This document shows positions 58,401 through 64,000 of a DNA stretch of 64,000 nucleotides, piece by piece (within the stretch, counting starts at the first letter, position 1; each line of letters opens with the position of its first letter). Under the pieces are notes generated by a model, which saw only the letters and a list, made by a program, of their open reading frames with translations, was not told the DNA's origin and did not search any database. Made by a program: the position numbers and the translations under genes. Location of the stretch: positions 297,986 through 361,985 of the forward strand of contig JAQGDQ010000226.1 of the NCBI GenBank assembly GCA_030141605.1. The letters run 5' to 3'. Source of the stretch: Tubiluchus corallicola. Its lineage: Eukaryota; Animalia; Priapulida.

Positions 58401-61400
58401 AAAAATAATTGGCCTACTGGTTAAATCAAAAGTAGACTTATATTAAAGCCTTACTTTAACAGTTCAACTGGTTAGGGTTCGGGTTAGACTTTTGCCAAAC
58501 ATGTTTAACAAGTAGCAAACGCATTTCACGAATTTCTGCTGGATTCTATACCTTTTGCAACATTTTGATTGCAGCGTAGTCAACGGGAAAGTTACTCGTC
58601 TCTACAATCGGTCTGAGAACTCTGATGGAAGTATCGTATGGAAGCACGGTCGCTAGCGTGGCTGCTGCCTCTTCTGCAGCACGAGCTACCTGAAAACATA
58701 ATCAAAGTTAACTGATTAGCAGCACTCGTTATGATTACATGATGATAGCAATAACTGATCATTCAACTTACATTTAACCAAATTAGAAAACAGTAATTCT
58801 GCGAAAGCATTGAATTGGTTGAGCCCCAAGAACAAAATAGCTTGCTTGCCTCACAAAAACAATGCAATCAGTAACTCAAGAACAACGCTTGTAGTACCAA
58901 TATATTTAATTACACTTATAACGAGATTTTATTAGTAATAACCTGCTAAGATAAGATAATATTTATTTTCATCGGTATGATATAAAACAGTACATATTTG
59001 TAAAACATGAGCTTAAAGCTCGTAAACCGATATCAAACATAATGTATATGAGTGATAACATGGTAATAATATGTACTTCTTAAAGTCTTTTGGATGCCAC
59101 CAGAGGTATTGGTACAAGAAAAATTTATAACTACATGAAGACAGTAAAAATTTGAGACAGTAAAAATTTTAGGCAGTAAGATTTTCTAAAATTTACACAG
59201 AAAGCTATCTAGGTCAATAAAATTTTTCCTGCCAACATTTCAGCATTTAATTACGACTTAACAAAATTGGGAAGTTTGCTGAATTTACAAATGGCACATT
59301 TACATGATACACCAGTCCATGAGTTAATTAGACGTTTAAATTCCCCAAGATTTTCTGCCATTCGGAGACAGTTTGGTAATTCATTCCACAATGTGGCTCC
59401 ATAATGGGAGAAACTTTTCTTGAAAAAGTTGTGTACTGTGTCGGCGTATGAGTGCAGACTTATGACTACGGTGTATAACGCTTGTAGCCCCAATATATTT
59501 AATTACATTTATAAAGAGATTTTATTAGTAATAACCTGTTATGTACTGTGTCGGCATATGACTGTCTCTACAACATACAGCTTTATGATACAAAATGTTA
59601 AAAGTTTCACAAAAACTGAAACAACTACAACCACTGACAATGTAATCCTCGTTAGACAATAACTCGTAATTAAAAACCAATCTTTAAATCAATAATTTTA
59701 ATCTAATTTTACGTCTTTCTCGGTGTCTTTATGTGCTTCTAATATTCGCAGCGTCGTCAGCTCAGCGTATTCACCAAACCTCTGACAGTAACTATGCATG
59801 ATCTCGCGTAACACTCGCAGGGACAACGTCCTAATTGAACCCTAAATAATAGTTAATAATAATAATTAATATTTTTTCTCTTTTTTGTGCACGTGTGTCT
59901 TTTTGTACTAATGTTTTTCTTTTACTAATAGGTACCATTACGACCTTTGTTACATTATTAGTAAAAGGTATAAATCAATTTAAATGAAATTATTCATTCA
60001 TCGCAGCCTATATCAAAATCGTAATTACATATTATGTTTTCCTTATGTTTCCTTGCTATTATTACATCATTCACTTCATCCTTAATTACATTAAGTTATC
60101 TACAGAAGCATGCATAACTTTGATCATTTTTTCATTTAAGTAAGGTGAGTGTGTTAATGACCGTATGGTCGTACACTCACCTCGCACTACTCAAATCATT
60201 TTATTTAAAGTTTATTAATGTGTGTGATATTGTATATTGATGTGTGAAAAAAAATTCATAGTTAATTAACAGGTGTTAAAACATAAGAGAATTTAAAGTC
60301 ATCAACTGAACTTTCCAGGTGTGCTGTTAATTAGAAATTCTGCTGTCTTTTAAATGAATGCAATATACACTGCACAAAAATAGTATTTGCTGCTGGCTAT
60401 AGGTCGTGAAGTCATTTTCATGTTATTATAGATACAGAAAGCAGTAAATGTTTTAAACAACAGAAGTTACATACATATATTATTACATATATCATTCGAT
60501 TGCAAAAAATGATATTTGCTCAATACCCCCCGAGAGAAAAACTTACGTTAGTATCACCCAAGGTCTCGAGCAGCATCAGCAACACGGTTTTGAAATGCTC
60601 ATCCCACAGCGCTCGCGTTCCCTCTCGTACGAGTTTCATCAGCTGCTTCAGCGCGTTCTCCCGCTCGCCGAATCTCTCGTTGTGATTGGACAACTCCGTC
60701 AAGATCTCGGCAATCACGTCATTCTGATCTTCGGAAAATTCTAAAATCAAATAATTCTATTGGATGGTTCAAAAAAGACGTTTGCTCGATAACTGTAAAA
60801 TAAGTTTAACCTACATCACACCGGTTTGTACTATGTAATACGAGTAATGCACTAATATATCGGCTGGAAGCAGCACCTCTAATATCAATTTTAGTCGCAG
60901 AGCCCCCCCCCCCCCCGGGCTGGTGCACTAAGTGTCCATTTAATGAATATCATTCCTTTGCAGTCCATTCTCCTAGAGAATCCCTTCACAGCTATGAACT
61001 CCTGCATAGGGAACAGTGGACGGGCATCCCACAAACATGCACACTATTTTCACTTCATAAATCGCAACAAGCTACCCCCCCCCCCCCGGTAGAAGCCAGG
61101 TAGTTCAGCTGATTGTATTATTAAAGGTAACAAATTTTAGCATTTTGACAAAATAAAGGATAACTAAAACGCAGAGTTTTATTCATGAAAGGCATCTAAT
61201 GCTAACTATTCCTCCATTTACACTCTAGCAAGCCATCAGCTAATCCTCCATTTACACTCTAGCAAGCCATCAGCTAATCCTCCATTTACTCTAGCAAGCC
61301 ATCAGCTAGTCTCCTCCATTTACTGTAGCAAGCCATCAGCTAATCCTGCATTTACTCTAGCAAGCCATCAGCTAATCCTCCATTTACTCTAGCAAGCCAT

Positions 61401-64000
61401 CAGCTAATCCTCCATTTACTCTAGCAAGCCATCAGCTAAGCCTCCATTTACTCTAGCAAGCCATCAGCTAATCCTCCATTTACTCTAGCAAGCCATCAGC
61501 TAATCCTGCATTTACTCTAGCAAGCCATCAGCTAATCCTCCATTTACTCTAGCAAGCCATCAGCTAATCCTCCATTTACTCTAGCAAGCCATCAGCTAAT
61601 CCTGCATTTACTCTAGCAAGCCATCAGCTAATCCTCCATTTACTCTAGCACGCCATCAGCTAATCCTCCATTTACTCTAGCAAGCCATCAGCTAATCCTC
61701 CATTTACTCTAGCAAGCCATCAGCTAATCCTCCATTTACTCTAGCAAGCCATCAGCTAATCCTGCATTTACTCTAGCAAGCCATCAGCTAATCCTGCATT
61801 TACTCTAGCAAGCCATCAGCTAATCCTCCATTTACTCTAGCAAGCCATCAGCTAATCCTCCATTTACTCTAGCAAGCCATCAGCTAATCCTGCATTTACT
61901 CTAGCAAGCCATCCGCTAATCCTCCATTTACTCTAGCACGCCATCAGCTAATCCTCCATTTACTCTAGCAAGCCATCAGCTAATCCTCCATTTACTCTAG
62001 CAAGCCATCAGCTAATCCTCCATTTACTCTAGCAAGCCATCAGTTAATCCTCCATTTACTCTAGCAAGCCATCAGCTAATCCTCCATTTGATCTAGCAAG
62101 CCATCAGCTAATCCTCCATTTACTCTAGCAAGCCATCAGCTAATCCTCCATTTACTCTAGCAAGCCATCAGCTAATCCTCCATTTACTCTAGCAAGCCAT
62201 CAGCTAATCCTCCATTTACTCTAGCACGCCATCAGCTAATCCTGCATTTACTCTAGCAAGCCATCTGCTAATTCTGCGTTTACGCTCTAGCAAGCCATCT
62301 GCTAATTCTGCGTTTACGCTCTAGCAAGCCATCTGCTAATTCTGCGTTTACGCTCTAGCAAGCCATCTGCTAATTCTGCGTTTACGCTCTAGCAAGCCAT
62401 CAGCGAATCCTCCATTTACACTCCAACAAGCTTTTGCTTTTACCTGTAATTCTGTATTTCCCTCGTCGTCTGTCGGAGAGAATTGTAAACATCCTCTGGA
62501 TTCATGCTGTCAGCATCCGCCTTGGTGTCTACTGGTGATAACAGCACAGCGCGCCGTGTCACAGATGAAGTCGGAGTCAGATCGTCATCCCCGACACTTC
62601 CATTTTTGACGGCAGTAATATGAGTTTGCAGTATTTTTCTTGCGCCATCCTAGAAAAAAATAATAAAGAACTAAATGAGTTTTTCAACAGTAACAGTTTT
62701 AACAGCTAGCTAGAATCTTGCCTAGTTCATTTTTTTCTTGTTTCCAAACAATGTTCTACTAGCAAATCACTCTATACAAAGGCTCATGCATAATTAAGTA
62801 ATGTTCGTGAATGTTCATGCGAATGACTGAATTTACTGAACTGATGCGACAGATGGCCTTGCTTTGCCCACAGAGCACATTATGGTATGCCCGGAACGAA
62901 AACTGAAGCAGTCGAACAATCCACTTACTAACCAGTCTCATTCTTAACTTCAGTTGCAGAGCATGATGCCGTAACCACTTAGCCATTCACCACCACCTCT
63001 AAACTTAACGAGAGACTACGCTTTTCAGTTAGCCACTTACCAGGGTTGTCAAAAAAAGAATAAAGCAGAAGTGACAGGAAAAATCATTCTTTTATAACAA
63101 ACTTTTATTAATAAAGATTAAACATTTAGATAACAGACTTCTACGAATATGTGAACACGTTTGTTTAAAATAGGGGTGTGCAAATTATCTGACTAGCTGG
63201 GCCACATTAAACTTTCCCGCAATTCCTGTGGGACATTCAAGGAGCCAAGTACAGAAAGGCCTAATAATGATTTTTTTGCATCCGACCTGCGTACATCATT
63301 ACTACTACACTCAAGAAATTATTTTAGAAGTTATTAAAATTTATATTACAAACCATATATTTCTACTTTCAGGACAGATAGTGGTAATTTCATTACAATG
63401 CATATTAGTAATGTGTATCACACAGTCTGTGTAGTATAGTGACATTAAGCTACAACCGTCTTGTAAGGGTTAATGGCATCCGATCTAGTAGAAAAAACTA
63501 CCCGCACTATCTTTGGGATCGTGGCGCGGACTTCAGCTGGATACACTCAATTAATCACCCGGGCCGTACTTTCATTAGGTTGACAAATCTCTTCACGGGC
63601 CGCACAAATTCTCTCGGCGGGCCGCAAGTGGTCCGCAGGCCCCAATTTGCACACCCCTGGTTTAAAACGTGCTAAAACACTTACCTGATAAGCCTTTGGT
63701 AACACGGATAAAAGCATGCTGAACTCAGCTGTGTTAAGATTGAACAGAGAAATAAGTGTCATATGCGACAGCTGAAAATACAGAATTTAATTACTTACTA
63801 CAACTAACTAGAAAATTACGGAACAAACTTTACATTATACAGTAAGCAAAGTGTTCTAAAATGTCAACATCTTCCATAAATCAGTGCCAATAAATAAAAA
63901 GTTATTCTTATAACAAAAAATAGTCAAAATTAATAAAAGTTTAGTATTGCACAACAAATAGGCAGTACATACTTTTCTGACTTCGCTCGATTTGGGCTCC
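52402..64000 (-). CDS. CLASP: CLIP-associating protein (CLASP1/2 orthologue), 3' part; gene continues beyond the window
   Basis: Exons translate to EPKSSEVRK, LISLFNLNTAEFSMLLSVLPKAYQ, DGARKIL, ELSNHNER...HFKTVLLMLLETLGD, YAELTTLRILEAHKD, VARAAEEAA, IIPGLVK, GYDATESAVRKASCFCLVA and LKLLNLYMKR, matching the recalled CLASP C-terminal region. Confidence 0.95.
52517..54550. repeat. 63/60-bp minisatellite (about 33 units) in the last CLASP intron
   Basis: Unit actaatacccatgtaccaagtttgactggcttgccccagtggcctgcaattatcatgcatact. Confidence 0.95.
55531..55882 (+). mobile_element. Short non-LTR retroelement-like insertion with (CAA)n tail
   Basis: GC-rich island in an AT-rich intron ending caacaacaacaa; family not identified with certainty. 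Confidence 0.4.
56029..56145 (-). CDS. CLASP: CLASP exon GYDATESAVRK...LNGSK
   Basis: TTGCAG acceptor and GTATGC donor, 117 nt. Confidence 0.95.
56388..56923. mobile_element. Tc1/mariner-type MITE
   Basis: TA|CAGGGTGTCCCA...TATACACTTT and AAAGTGTATA...TGAGGCACCGTG|TA. Confidence 0.65.
57234..57727. mobile_element. hAT-type MITE (same family as 20419-21012)
   Basis: TIRs CAGGCCCTATTTCA and TGAAATAGGCCCTG; 8-bp TSD GTCAGTCT. Confidence 0.9.
58023..58091 (-). CDS. CLASP: CLASP exon VIEKMS...IIPGLVK
   Basis: TTTTAG acceptor and GTAAGT donor, 69 nt. Confidence 0.95.
58552..58689 (-). CDS. CLASP: CLASP exon VARAAEEAA...AAIKMLQK
   Basis: TTTCAG acceptor and GTATAG donor, 138 nt. Confidence 0.95.
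58946..59430 (-). mobile_element. 5'-truncated CR1/L2-group LINE 3' end
   Basis: KSFSHYGATLWNELP...FKRLINSW...CKCAIC then 3' UTR and a short repeat tail; lies within a local duplication (58885-58945 similar to 59478-59538). Confidence 0.75.
59713..59841 (-). CDS. CLASP: CLASP exon GSIRTLSLRVLRE...AHKDTEKD
   Basis: TTTAG acceptor and GTAAAA donor, 129 nt. Confidence 0.95.
60547..60740 (-). CDS. CLASP: CLASP exon FSEDQND...ETLGDTN
   Basis: TTTTAG acceptor and GTAAGT donor; starts in phase 1. Confidence 0.9.
61210..62430. repeat. 32-bp minisatellite (about 38 units)
   Basis: Unit cagctaatcctccatttactctagcaagccat. Confidence 0.95.
62444..62649 (-). CDS. CLASP: CLASP exon DGARKILQTH...SLRQTTREIQNY
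   Basis: TTCTAG acceptor and AG|GTAAAA donor, 206 nt, ends in phase 2. Confidence 0.9.
62800..62995 (-). mobile_element. Degenerate tRNA-headed SINE
   Basis: A-box-like TGGCTAAGTGG, GTTCGAC and a core-like gtgctctgtgggcaaagc segment. Confidence 0.35.
63171..63659. mobile_element. hAT-type MITE, family 2
   Basis: TIRs TAGGGGTGTGCAAA and TTTGCACACCCCTG; 8-bp TSD GTTTAAAA. Confidence 0.9.
63685..63771 (-). CDS. CLASP: CLASP exon LSHMTLISLFNLN...PKAYQ
   Basis: TTTCAG acceptor and GTAAGT donor, 87 nt. Confidence 0.95.
63973..64000 (-). CDS. CLASP: CLASP exon fragment EPKSSEVRK (cut by the window edge)
   Basis: GTATGT donor; resembles CLASP EPKSSDVRK. Confidence 0.85.

Noticed and set aside
60745-60792. 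Alternative CLASP acceptor giving SYRANV...
   Set aside because: Runs into TGA before the next exon and has no phase-compatible donor.

Overview
AT-rich, microsatellite- and minisatellite-dense animal (probably invertebrate) genomic DNA with spliceosomal introns; most ORFs in the supplied track are repeat translations. I reconstructed three minus-strand genes by hand. (1) The 3' part of a CLASP orthologue (8 identifiable exons, 52402-64000). (2, 3) Two tandem paralogous secreted short collagens: A (13358-21222, about 318 aa) and B (30732-41083, about 833 aa). Both have a signal peptide, a conserved helical motif, an acidic pro-region, furin sites and a CRC motif, followed by an uninterrupted His/KGH-rich Gly-X-Y domain encoded by one exon; all coding-region introns are phase 1. 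B also has a long (D/E)SQDxx acidic repeat and a C-terminal extension. A 3'-truncated Ty3/Gypsy element (4939-10477) sits inside a 24-bp tandem array; its gag starts inside the LTR and a pseudoknot follows the gag stop. The rest is hAT- and Tc1-like MITEs, LINE/RTE fragments, SINE-like heads and many distinct tandem arrays. Exon models are inferred from splice signals, reading frame and recalled homology, not from transcripts or database searches.
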